64,000 nt of DNA from a virus. Shown here piece by piece: positions 29,484-39,162 of this stretch. The notes below the pieces were generated by a model that saw only the letters and a list, made by a program, of their open reading frames with translations, did not search any database and had not been told where the DNA came from. Location of the stretch: positions 32,001 through 96,000 of IMG/VR virus record IMGVR_UViG_3300007512_001547. One strand, written 5' to 3'. The position numbers were made by a program, and so were the translations under genes. How positions within the stretch are numbered: position 1 is the stretch's first letter; each line of letters opens with the position of its first letter.

Positions 29484-30059
29484 ATGGCACAGACAAGCAC
29501 AACAGTATTAGCATCAAAGTCACATAAAGCAAACGTAACAGGTACGGATATCAGTTTTACTGCTACAGGTAGTGAATATAAAATTTCAGCAACAAGCACT
29601 ACATTAAACAATTTTGCGGTACGTGATTTAATTACAGTATCAGGAACTACAAACAACAATTCAACGTTTACTGTAAAAACTGTATCATCTAGCACAGAAC
29701 TTATTGTCGAAGAAATTGTTACAACAGAAACATCAGATGGTTCTACTACAACTACTTTAGATCATACTGGATTTGTTTCTAATAAAATTAAAGGTGATGG
29801 ATATTATTCACAACCAGACGGTGTACATACTGTGGCACACAAAGTTTCTGCAACATTAACTGGTGCAATTAAAATGCAGGGTTCACTTGCAACAACACCA
29901 TCTGAAGATGACTGGTTTGATATTTCAGGCACTACATTTACAACAGATCAAAGCACTACAATATCTAGTTCCAATTTTACTGGCAATTTTGTTTGGGTTA
30001 GAGCAAAAGCAACATCAGTTACAGCCGGTACAATAACTTCTACACAATTAAATCACTAA
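29484..30059 (+). CDS. Late, probable virion protein (beta-rich)
   Basis: TAAATA 29471-29476; KGDGYY, HTVA, QGSLA, DDWFDI, FTGNFVWVRA. Confidence 0.55.
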   Translation: MAQTSTTVLASKSHKANVTGTDISFTATGSEYKISATSTTLNNFAVRDLITVSGTTNNNSTFTVKTVSSSTELIVEEIVTTETSDGSTTTTLDHTGFVSNKIKGDGYYSQPDGVHTVAHKVSATLTGAIKMQGSLATTPSEDDWFDISGTTFTTDQSTTISSSNFTGNFVWVRAKATSVTAGTITSTQLNH

Positions 30060-30121
30060 CTTATCCACAATTACCAAAAATAAACCGTTGATTTACTAGG
30101 TCTATATAAGACCAACTTTGG

Positions 30122-30149
30122 TTGACATTTACCATTAATATGCTATACT
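30122..30149 (+). promoter_or_regulatory. Sigma70-like promoter (extended -10)
   Basis: TTGACA-16 nt-TATACT preceded by TG; ATG 30157. Confidence 0.7.
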
Positions 30150-30156
30150 AGTATTA

Positions 30157-30342
30157 ATGGACGATAAAGAAATTGAAAAAATACAAACAATAGATATTAC
30201 AGTTACAGCTGAATCATTAGATGCTCATGTAATTTGTCTAAGACAAAATGGGTATTCCGTACAAAAAGCATATTATAGATTAACACAATTAGCAATAGCA
30301 TTTTTATTAGGTGCATTTATAATGGGTACTATATTAAAATGA
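30157..30342 (+). CDS. Small membrane protein
   Basis: C-terminal TM LAIAFLLGAFIMGTIL. Confidence 0.55.
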   Translation: MDDKEIEKIQTIDITVTAESLDAHVICLRQNGYSVQKAYYRLTQLAIAFLLGAFIMGTILK

Positions 30343-33300
30343 CATCTAAATTTAAAAATACAATATTAGCTGGATTGGCAGGATTATCATTAACCGCTTG
30401 TGGTGGAGGAGGTGGTGGTGCTCCGGGTGCCGTTAACGATTTTATTAATGATGATTTATCCAATTTATCAGGTTCTGAATCTATTGTAAGTTCATATTCA
30501 AGTTTATTATCAAGTTTTCAATCAACTATATCAGGTGGTGATTATTCTGCCATACAGGCAGTATTAACAGGACCTAATGCAGAAGATATTGCAACCGCAA
30601 ATACATTATTAGGACAACTTAATCAAGCAGAAGCACTTTGGTCAGCAACAGAAGATTTAATCGCACAACAAAGCGATGGTGACAAATACACAATTTATAA
30701 CTCTAACTCATACAAAGAAGCATATGCGGCCATTCTCTATATGAAAAATTATGTTAAACCTATTATACAAAAAGTATCAAATGGTAATGCAGTTTCTATT
30801 ACAGAATATAATTTAGTTGTAAAAGAAGCTAAAGCACAAGAAATTATTAATATAGAAAAAGATACAACTGCAACAAGTTATGCTGAAACTAAAAAAATTA
30901 AAAGTACGGCAACAATTGCTGGCACACCTACAATTTCTACTGTTGATTCACAAGGTGAAGTACAATCATCTACTAGTTCATGGGTAACTGTATATCAAGG
31001 GGGTGGACAAGAAACAAGAACAATTACAACTACTACACCTAATTATCGAACTACTACAACAACACCTTGTACGATAGTTAGAACGACTTTATTAAATGGT
31101 TCAACTGTTGATAGTGCCTGCACATATGGAACACCGACTGTTTCTACAACAACTTTAGACCCAACAATTACAGAAGTTACTGAAACTAGAGAAGGAGACA
31201 ATCCAGTTACAGGTACAACAACATTAGAAGCAACAGTAACTACGGTTACTGAAACAAGCGACAACTATGTTGTAACAAATTATGCAGATGGTGACGAACA
31301 AACATCTACTACAAATGGCACGACAACAACTACAACTGCTAATAGAGATGTAGTAACTGACGTTAACAATGGAAACAATACTACAACAAGAACGACAGTT
31401 AGATATGTTGATACTACCGTGACAACTCCTGTAACAACAAGAGTATATTTTGTTAGAACATACACAGATATTACAAAGAAAAATACAAGAACAATTACAA
31501 CTACTACACCTAAAATACAAAACACATACAAAGATGGTACAACTGAAATTATAAATGGTACTGCAACAGTAGTGACTGGCGACTGGGTGGCTTCTACTAT
31601 TGATACTTCTACAAGAACCGAAGAAAGAGAAGTAAGTTCAACAACTGCAAACACAGTTAGTACAACTGCTGATTCAGGTACACAGATTGCACAGGTTGTT
31701 ATATCAAATGCATACACAGATACAGATAACACACTTGGAACAAAAACAGAAAATATGTCTACAGTTGTATCAGATCATAAAACTACTGAATTTAATAGAA
31801 ACCACGGATTGAATACAATAAATGCCGCGGAGGCTTATGCTAAAGGGTGGACAGGTAAAGGTGCAGTATTAGGAGTAATTGATACATACCAACAAACTAA
31901 TCACCCAGAATTAAATGGCAAATATAAATTTTACAATGATTATACAAGATATGACAACACGGTATCTACTTCAGGTAATACACAGGTTCACGGTACACAC
32001 GTTGCAGGTATTATAGCAGGTAAAAAAGATGGCACAGGAAATCACGGTGTGGCTTTTGATGCAGATCTAGTTGGTGCTAATGTTGACTATTATGGATTTG
32101 GTGGTATCTCAAAAAGTTATGCTCAACAGGCATTACACGATTTTGCAAAATTAAAAGATCCAAATGGTGAAAACTTAAACATTGTTGCAGTTAATATGAG
32201 TTTTAACTCTCCAACAGTATTTACTAGTGGTTCAAATGATTGGACATGGAATAATGGTTCAACAGTAATTCAATTATCAGATGGCACATACAACGCAACA
32301 GAAATTACTGCGGCAGTCAACGTTGGTGACGGTCAAGGAAAATATTGGAAAATTGCAACAGACAATGATATTATTTTAGTAAACTCGGCAGGTAACACCG
32401 GACATAATCACGCAGGTGATCCTGGTATATGGGCAGTTGAAACCGATGCAAATGGAAATCTTGTGTTAGGTGGCAAAATGGTTATAGTAGGTAACTGGGA
32501 TGGCTCAAATGTTCAAGGTAACAAAGCAGGCCATGTATGTTTAGATATTAATACATCTAACAATACTTGTAATGATACAAACAAAATTTCAGACTTTTAT
32601 ATATTAGCACCGGGTGATATGATTTATAGTTCAACACCTACACATTTATCGGGTAATGGATATATGAATATGTCTGGTACTAGTATGGCGGCACCCCACG
32701 TTACTGGTGCATTTGGTGTAATAAATCAAATGTGGCCACACATGAAAGGTGAAAATTTAGTTAAACTTGTATTATCGACAGCAGATAAAAATTTAACAGG
32801 TTATGATGTTAATGTACATGGACAAGGATTATTAGATTTAGACGAAGCAACAAAACCTCAAGGTGCAGTAGGTATTCCTACAACAGGTAGAACAAATGGA
32901 CCATTAGTAGGAACATATGGAACATATTTCTCAACTGGTACTGCGTTGCCAAGTAATTTAGCAAATTTAAAAGTAATGATACTAGACGAATATGAAAGGG
33001 ATTATTATATTAATTTAGGATCTGGTTTTACAGTTAAAGATACGAGAAAAATTTCTGACGTTGATGCAACAATGCAAGGGAACACATATCTTCCAATACA
33101 ATCTATGTACGGTAATTTTACACAAGGTGGAAATTACGATCTAGGATTTATGAACTTTGGCTTATACACAGGTGATGGTGGTAATGGAGACTATTCTTTA
33201 AATGTAGGTAAAAACTTTATGTTAAGTGATAAATTTAAATTAAAAACATCAATAGGACAAATGAACGAACAAGACAACTGGTTAGGTAACTCTTCAGATG

Positions 33301-33962
33301 GTGTTCTTGCAGTTGGTGATAATAACATTACAAACTTTGGACAAATAGGTGTTGAATATCAATTAGGTAACAATGTATTAAGTTTTGATTATTCAAAAGG
33401 TTACACAGATGTTAATACAATTGACAATAGTTTAATAACAGGATTTGATAATATTGAAACAGAATCAATGAAACTAGCATATAAAATACACAAAGATCAA
33501 AATAACACTTGGGGATTTACATTATCAACACCAAGTCATATTACAAATGGTACAATGAATTTATCAGTCCCTGAATCTAGAACATTAGATGGAACAGTAA
33601 ATTATACAGATATTAATTCTGAGATGAGTTCAAGCACAATAGAGAAAGACATTGGATTCTTTTATAAACACACTCCAAAAAATGACATGGATTTTTCTTT
33701 TAATTTTAAAACAGAATACAGAAAAGATATATCAGGTGTTGCTGGACAGGACGGTGTTAACCTAGCATTCAACTTTGTTAAAAAGTTAAACACAAATTGT
33801 AATTTTTTATGGAAGAAAAATCCAAAATGTTATGAAAAAAATGAAAATGGTGAAGAAGTATTAAAAGCAAATCTATATTCCAATAACAACGAAAACAACG
33901 CAACAAAACACGGATTAGTTTACGATTTAGAAACTGACAAATTTATACCAATAGAAAAGTAA
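30339..33962 (+). CDS. Lipoprotein S8 (subtilisin-like) protease with Thr-rich stalk and C-terminal beta-barrel-like region
   Basis: Lipobox LTAC (Cys21) plus Gly6; catalytic GVIDT, HGTHVAG, NSAGN, GTSMAAPHV; long Thr-rich segment. Confidence 0.88.
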   Translation: MTSKFKNTILAGLAGLSLTACGGGGGGAPGAVNDFINDDLSNLSGSESIVSSYSSLLSSFQSTISGGDYSAIQAVLTGPNAEDIATANTLLGQLNQAEALWSATEDLIAQQSDGDKYTIYNSNSYKEAYAAILYMKNYVKPIIQKVSNGNAVSITEYNLVVKEAKAQEIINIEKDTTATSYAETKKIKSTATIAGTPTISTVDSQGEVQSSTSSWVTVYQGGGQETRTITTTTPNYRTTTTTPCTIVRTTLLNGSTVDSACTYGTPTVSTTTLDPTITEVTETREGDNPVTGTTTLEATVTTVTETSDNYVVTNYADGDEQTSTTNGTTTTTTANRDVVTDVNNGNNTTTRTTVRYVDTTVTTPVTTRVYFVRTYTDITKKNTRTITTTTPKIQNTYKDGTTEIINGTATVVTGDWVASTIDTSTRTEEREVSSTTANTVSTTADSGTQIAQVVISNAYTDTDNTLGTKTENMSTVVSDHKTTEFNRNHGLNTINAAEAYAKGWTGKGAVLGVIDTYQQTNHPELNGKYKFYNDYTRYDNTVSTSGNTQVHGTHVAGIIAGKKDGTGNHGVAFDADLVGANVDYYGFGGISKSYAQQALHDFAKLKDPNGENLNIVAVNMSFNSPTVFTSGSNDWTWNNGSTVIQLSDGTYNATEITAAVNVGDGQGKYWKIATDNDIILVNSAGNTGHNHAGDPGIWAVETDANGNLVLGGKMVIVGNWDGSNVQGNKAGHVCLDINTSNNTCNDTNKISDFYILAPGDMIYSSTPTHLSGNGYMNMSGTSMAAPHVTGAFGVINQMWPHMKGENLVKLVLSTADKNLTGYDVNVHGQGLLDLDEATKPQGAVGIPTTGRTNGPLVGTYGTYFSTGTALPSNLANLKVMILDEYERDYYINLGSGFTVKDTRKISDVDATMQGNTYLPIQSMYGNFTQGGNYDLGFMNFGLYTGDGGNGDYSLNVGKNFMLSDKFKLKTSIGQMNEQDNWLGNSSDGVLAVGDNNITNFGQIGVEYQLGNNVLSFDYSKGYTDVNTIDNSLITGFDNIETESMKLAYKIHKDQNNTWGFTLSTPSHITNGTMNLSVPESRTLDGTVNYTDINSEMSSSTIEKDIGFFYKHTPKNDMDFSFNFKTEYRKDISGVAGQDGVNLAFNFVKKLNTNCNFLWKKNPKCYEKNENGEEVLKANLYSNNNENNATKHGLVYDLETDKFIPIEK

Positions 33963-33963
33963 T

Positions 33964-34152
33964 ATGGACAAAATTGAAATTACTTGTACAAATAATGGCA
34001 AAACTAAAACTGCAGACATACTATTTCGTAGTGATAAACATCTAAAAGTAGCCATTGAGGGTACTCAAATAACAATTGAGATGCATCGACTAGACGTAAA
34101 TAAACCGTATATAGGGCATACAGCAGGATTAGAGTTTACATATGGCAACTGA
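33964..34152 (+). CDS. Hypothetical protein
   Basis: ITCTNNG...GLEF pattern; operon packing. Confidence 0.55.
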   Translation: MDKIEITCTNNGKTKTADILFRSDKHLKVAIEGTQITIEMHRLDVNKPYIGHTAGLEFTYGN

Positions 34153-34621
34153 AAAATTAAAATTTAAATTAGAACTATACGCAACAATGTGGGATAAGCC
34201 ACCAATTGCTGATATAAAAATTAATGAGAAGAGTCATTTCAAAGAAGAAATCACAGGTACTAACGATAAACCAACTATTATAGAATTTGAGCACGAATTT
34301 GAAGAAAATAAATCATATAATTTTATCATAGACAGATTAGGTAAAGATAAAAAACAAACAATAGTTGAAGATGGAAAAATTGTTAAAGATCAACTATTAC
34401 ATATAAAATCTATAGAAATTGACGAAATTGAGCTTGGTTCATTAATATACGAAGGTGTATATAAACCTAACTATCCAGAACCATGGGCATCACAACAAGC
34501 AGAAGCAGGCAACAAACTACCAGAAACTCTTAAAAATGTTACCCAAATGGGTCATAACGGTACCTGGACATTCTCATTTACTTCACCCTTTTATATGTGG
34601 CTATTAGAAAACCTTTACTAA
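34142..34621 (+). CDS. Hypothetical beta-sandwich protein
   Basis: DQLLHIKSIEIDEI, PFYMWLLENL. Confidence 0.55.
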   Translation: MATEKLKFKLELYATMWDKPPIADIKINEKSHFKEEITGTNDKPTIIEFEHEFEENKSYNFIIDRLGKDKKQTIVEDGKIVKDQLLHIKSIEIDEIELGSLIYEGVYKPNYPEPWASQQAEAGNKLPETLKNVTQMGHNGTWTFSFTSPFYMWLLENLY

Positions 34622-34634
34622 TAAATATGCTTAT

Positions 34635-34991
34635 ATGAGAGCAAATCAATTCATAACAGAAGCACAAGATTCAGACGCAATAAACGAGTTAGACTTGTTT
34701 ATTATGAACGATGAAGATTTATATCGTAGACGTTTTATGCCTATTATAACAAATATTAAAAGAAAAATGAAAAGAGGCATATACGATCACGAAAAAGTAA
34801 TTAAATTATGGATGTATCTTGTTGATGATGCCGCAAGACAATACGTACAAGAATTTGGCACACCTGACCAAGATGTTAAAGATATGTTTCCTAAAGAAAC
34901 TAGACTGCAAGTTGCTCAAATAATTGCAAATAGAGAAAAAGAAAATATAGAACAAGGCGAATACGATGCACCTAAGGGAATTGTTTCTTAA
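34635..34991 (+). CDS. Putative head-packaged protein
   Basis: TAAATA 34622-34627; N-terminus MRANQFITE; ELDLFIMND, GIYDHEK. Confidence 0.6.
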   Translation: MRANQFITEAQDSDAINELDLFIMNDEDLYRRRFMPIITNIKRKMKRGIYDHEKVIKLWMYLVDDAARQYVQEFGTPDQDVKDMFPKETRLQVAQIIANREKENIEQGEYDAPKGIVS

Positions 34992-36138
34992 GGAGGATGA
35001 CAGGTCCACAGCCGTCTTTGCATTTGGCCGATTCAATCCTCCCACAATAGGACACCAAAAATTAATAGAAAAAGTACAGTCAATGGCTAGACAAGTCAAT
35101 GGCAAAGGATATCTATTTTTAACACATACACAAAACAATAAAAAAGATCCATTAACGTTTCAAGAGAAACAAGCATACATTACAAGTCAAGTAAATGATC
35201 CTAATTTGCAAATTGGAAGTGCAGATGTAAAAACAATTATTCAAGCATTACAAAAAATAGAAGCACAAGGTAGAACAAGAGTAATAATGGTTGCTGGTGA
35301 TGATCGTGTAATGGAATTCCAAAAATTTTTAAATCAATATAACGGCAATCCAGATAAGCAAGGTAACATTCCTTATAAATTTGATGACGTCCAAGTAGTC
35401 AGTGCTGGACAAAGAGATCCAGACGCAGATGACATAGCAGGTGTTTCAGCATCTAAGGCAAGAGAGTTGGCACTAAAAGGTCAGGAACATGAATTTTCTA
35501 AAATAGTAATGGGCGGTGATGCTGGTAAAGTACTATACGATAAAATACAAGACGCACTTGGAGTCCAGGTTGCTGAAAACAACAAAAAGTTGTATAATGA
35601 AGATATGGACGGTAAACCAATAGTATATATTGACATGGATGGCGTTTTGGCTGACTTCTTTGGTGGTGTTGAAAAAATGTATGGCGTACAACACTGGAAA
35701 GAATTAAGTTCAGACAAAACTAAAGATTTAAAACAAGAAGTTATTAATAGAATATCAGGCACAGATTTTTTTGCAACACTTCCTAAATTTGATAGTGCTG
35801 GTGAATTAATATCAATGGTTAAAGAGTTTACTGGTGGAAACTTTTCAATTAACACATCTCCTTTAAGAGGTGACAATGAAAACTCTACCAAATACAAAAA
35901 ATTATGGATACAAAATAACATTGAACAACCAGATGAAATTGTAATAACAGGACGTAAAGAAAGTTATGCAAAAGACAAAGCATCTGGTACACCAAATATT
36001 TTAATAGACGACAGGCCAGTTAATATTGAACGTTGGCAGGGAGCGGGAGGTTATGGAATTTTATATCAAGCAAATAGAGATTCACTAACTAAAGTAAAAC
36101 AAGCACTTGACCAATATGGTAAATCAGATCAATCATAG
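34966..36138 (+). CDS. HIGH-family nucleotidyltransferase fused to HAD 5'(3')-nucleotidase
   Basis: FGRFNPPTIGH, MVAGDDRV, VSASKARE; then YIDMDGVLADF and LIDDR; N-terminus MHLRELFLKE. Confidence 0.8.
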   Translation: MHLRELFLKEDDRSTAVFAFGRFNPPTIGHQKLIEKVQSMARQVNGKGYLFLTHTQNNKKDPLTFQEKQAYITSQVNDPNLQIGSADVKTIIQALQKIEAQGRTRVIMVAGDDRVMEFQKFLNQYNGNPDKQGNIPYKFDDVQVVSAGQRDPDADDIAGVSASKARELALKGQEHEFSKIVMGGDAGKVLYDKIQDALGVQVAENNKKLYNEDMDGKPIVYIDMDGVLADFFGGVEKMYGVQHWKELSSDKTKDLKQEVINRISGTDFFATLPKFDSAGELISMVKEFTGGNFSINTSPLRGDNENSTKYKKLWIQNNIEQPDEIVITGRKESYAKDKASGTPNILIDDRPVNIERWQGAGGYGILYQANRDSLTKVKQALDQYGKSDQS

Positions 36139-36781
36139 ATATCTTCACTTTGGACCAGTAATAGGTGGCACAAAATGTAATACTGATCTCTGTAAAGAAC
36201 TATTAAATCGTGGTCATAAAACAACTAGATCACACGTTAAAAATCTTGCAGGTCATATGAAAAAGGAAAATATCTTCGAAGACCTAGATAAGAAATGGTT
36301 TGTTGATAATTTTCAAAACTATTTTATTCCTTATTTTAAAAAATTACAAGACAAATCAGATCCCAATTACTATTATGGTATGGATCCTTTTAAAGAAATA
36401 TGGCTCGCAACATTATGGATTAATTTTATGAAAAAGGGAGAATATAATCCTCCACATAATCATACTGGAGACTTTTCATTTGTTTTATACTTGCAAGTTC
36501 CAGAAGAATTAAAAAAAGAAGATCAAGCATTTGAAGGACGAGGTAGTGGACCTGGAACAATAAGTTTTATATATGGAGAAGAACAAAAAGGTATTAGCAC
36601 TGGTCATGGAATACTCCCTACTATAAATGATTTATGGATATTTCATTCATCATTAAAACATACTGTACCACCATTTAGATCAGATGTAGAACGTATTTCT
36701 GTTTCAGGAAATTGGTATATTACAGATCATATAAAAGATAAAAGCAAAGAACTAGAATTTGGAAAAATTTTAATTAAATAA
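36116..36781 (+). CDS. 2OG-Fe(II) oxygenase-like protein
   Basis: WINFMKKGEYNPPHNH (HxH), SFVLY, IFHSSLKHTV, RISVSGN. Confidence 0.8.
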   Translation: MVNQINHRYLHFGPVIGGTKCNTDLCKELLNRGHKTTRSHVKNLAGHMKKENIFEDLDKKWFVDNFQNYFIPYFKKLQDKSDPNYYYGMDPFKEIWLATLWINFMKKGEYNPPHNHTGDFSFVLYLQVPEELKKEDQAFEGRGSGPGTISFIYGEEQKGISTGHGILPTINDLWIFHSSLKHTVPPFRSDVERISVSGNWYITDHIKDKSKELEFGKILIK

Positions 36782-36793
36782 CAAAAAGGAAAT

Positions 36794-36973
36794 ATGGCAA
36801 AATTCAGCGGGATCAATAGAGCATACACAACAGGTGAAATACCAAAAACACCACAAGAAAAACAAAGAGAGTTAGATAAAAAAATGCAAGAGTTTTTAGC
36901 CAAAGGCGGCAAAGTAGAAAAATTAAAAGATCATAAGCCTACCAAAGAACAATTAAGATCATGGAAGATTTAG
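36794..36973 (+). CDS. 59-aa SutA-like RNAP-binding-domain protein (below the ORF-track cutoff)
   Basis: Hand translation MAKFSGINRAYTTGEIPKTPQEKQRELDKKMQEFLAKGGKVEKLKDHKPTKEQLRSWKI; TAAATA 36775-36780 plus AAGGA RBS. Confidence 0.65.
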   Translation: MAKFSGINRAYTTGEIPKTPQEKQRELDKKMQEFLAKGGKVEKLKDHKPTKEQLRSWKI

Positions 36974-37167
36974 AACGTTTAAAAAAATTAGCAGGCATTG
37001 AGAATTTACCTGTAGAAGATTCAATGGGAGAAAACCTTTCTCTTCATGGAACAAAAAAAGCAGAATATCAAAGAAAACATAATGTCCGTCCTGGAACAGA
37101 AGAATGGTTTAAACTGTGGTTTGCTAGACCCAAACTAACAGGTGAGAACCCAATGCCAAAAAAATAA
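36961..37167 (+). CDS. Small putative head protein
   Basis: LERLKKLAGI; PGTEEWFKLWF. Confidence 0.6.
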   Translation: MEDLERLKKLAGIENLPVEDSMGENLSLHGTKKAEYQRKHNVRPGTEEWFKLWFARPKLTGENPMPKK

Positions 37168-37197
37168 TACCTAAATTTTACAAATTAAATACTGGCA

Positions 37198-38289
37198 ATG
37201 TTTGATGTTAAACAAAACAAAGCAATATGTATTTTACCATGGGTCCATGAGTTTAAAAATATAACTGGACAATCTGCTCCTTGTTGCCATGCACAAAAAT
37301 ACAAAAATAACCAAACCATAGATTATGTAAGAGACTCTATGTTGAAGGGCATACAACCTGATGTATGTAGTAATTGTTACAAAAGTGAAAAAGAATCAAA
37401 TTGGAGTCATAGAATAAGAGAAACCAACGATTGGATTAAAAAATTTGGTACTCCAGACATAGATAATCCAAAAATACAATTTGCAGATATTAGATACAAT
37501 CCAACTTGTAATTTAAAATGTAAAACTTGTAATGCAGAAGAAAGCACTTTATGGGCAAAAGAAAAAGGCATAAAAATTTCTATAAATGAAGAAAATCAAA
37601 ATTATATCCATACATTAGATAAAAAAATACTTAAAAAAGTTTACCTTGCAGGAGGAGAACCCACTTTTATAAAAGACTATTTAGAATTTTTAAATGCTTT
37701 ACATCTTGTTAATCCTTTTTGTGAAGTAATTATTAACACAAATCTAAAAAGACTGCCTGCTCCATGGAAAGAAATAATTAAAAAATTTGAAAATTTAACA
37801 ATAATTTGTTCTTGTGATGCTGTTGGTATACTTGGTACATATGTACGTTATCCTTTAGGTTGGGATGAATTTGAACAAAACGTTAAATTTGTAAGTGAGA
37901 ATGCAAACTTTCTACAATTTAATTTAGTTGCAAGTAATTTAACTTCTCACAAATTATACGAAACTTGCTCATGGATGAAGCAATATTCAAATCATATTAA
38001 TATATCTATTTTAAATGAACCCGAAATTTTTTTAGAATGTAGTGTACCATTGGAATACAGAGAAACATACATTAATAATATTAAAAAACTATTAAAATTT
38101 CCTGTATCTGTTTATTATGCTTCACAATTCAGAAGTGAAATAAACTATCTAATCAAAAAATACTCGACAGCGAAATATGTAAAATCATCACATAATGCGT
38201 TAAAAGACGAAATTACTGAACAAGATTCGCATAGACACTTAAAACTAATAGACGTTGATCCATTTTTACACTCTTGGATATTTCAATAA
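37198..38289 (+). CDS. Radical SAM protein with N-terminal twitch-like Cys domain, paralog 1
   Basis: CILPW..APCC..CSNCY; CNLKCKTC; LAGGEP; TAAATA 37186-37191. Confidence 0.88.
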   Translation: MFDVKQNKAICILPWVHEFKNITGQSAPCCHAQKYKNNQTIDYVRDSMLKGIQPDVCSNCYKSEKESNWSHRIRETNDWIKKFGTPDIDNPKIQFADIRYNPTCNLKCKTCNAEESTLWAKEKGIKISINEENQNYIHTLDKKILKKVYLAGGEPTFIKDYLEFLNALHLVNPFCEVIINTNLKRLPAPWKEIIKKFENLTIICSCDAVGILGTYVRYPLGWDEFEQNVKFVSENANFLQFNLVASNLTSHKLYETCSWMKQYSNHINISILNEPEIFLECSVPLEYRETYINNIKKLLKFPVSVYYASQFRSEINYLIKKYSTAKYVKSSHNALKDEITEQDSHRHLKLIDVDPFLHSWIFQ

Positions 38290-38299
38290 ATATTCATAT

Positions 38300-38908
38300 A
38301 TGCGAATAAATGAAATCCTAGAAGGTCCACACGATCCTTTTAGACATAAAGCAATATTTTTTGCTGGCTCTCCTGGTGCAGGTAAAACATATGTTGCTAG
38401 AAAATTAGCAGGTGTATTCCAAGGATTAAAACAAGTAAACATGGACACTTGGTTTAAACGTCTCATGACAAAGAAAAACTTATCATGGAAAATGCCTCCT
38501 GAAGAGGAACCTGAACGAGAAAAACAAAGACAAAGATCAAAAGAATTAGTTGCTAAACAACAACAATTACACACCGAAAGTGGATTAGGTTTGCTAATAG
38601 ATTCTACAGGTAGAGTATATGAAACTATTGAAAGAATAAAAAGTGGATTAGAAGATAAAGGATATGAAACAACAATGGTTTTTGTCAACACTGATTTACA
38701 AACTGCTTTACGTAGAAACAAACAAAGAGAACGTCAATTACCTGACGATCTTATACATAAAAATTTTGAAGTTATAGAACAAAATTTAGGAAGATTTCAA
38801 CGTTTGTTTAATGACGTACATATTATTAATAATTCTGATGATGAACAAGACACAATGCCTGAACAAATAGTACAAGTTGAAAAAGACATTAGAAAATTTT
38901 TGCAATGA
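38300..38908 (+). CDS. P-loop kinase (zeta-toxin/AAA_33-like)
   Basis: FFAGSPGAGKT, LIDSTG, ALRRNKQRER; TAAATA 38287-38292; N-terminus MRINEILE. Confidence 0.75.
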   Translation: MRINEILEGPHDPFRHKAIFFAGSPGAGKTYVARKLAGVFQGLKQVNMDTWFKRLMTKKNLSWKMPPEEEPEREKQRQRSKELVAKQQQLHTESGLGLLIDSTGRVYETIERIKSGLEDKGYETTMVFVNTDLQTALRRNKQRERQLPDDLIHKNFEVIEQNLGRFQRLFNDVHIINNSDDEQDTMPEQIVQVEKDIRKFLQ

Positions 38909-39162
38909 AAATACTTAGAATTATATTATGGCCTTTTAAGATGTTGTCAAACATATTATCTGCAAATTACTGGGCAAACAAAATAGCCGATAAAACCAAT
39001 ATGCATGAAAAGGTACAAGGTAGTAGATTTAATAGATGGCAGAATAGTCTACCTCAACCATATAGATTTATATTCAAAACATCTATGTTGATAATATGTA
39101 TCTACCTTATTGAGATGTATTTTAATCTAGTAGGTATGTCAATGTTGCCATGGAGATGGTAG
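38905..39162 (+). CDS. Small membrane protein
   Basis: Hydrophobic segments; operon packing. Confidence 0.5.
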   Translation: MKILRIILWPFKMLSNILSANYWANKIADKTNMHEKVQGSRFNRWQNSLPQPYRFIFKTSMLIICIYLIEMYFNLVGMSMLPWRW

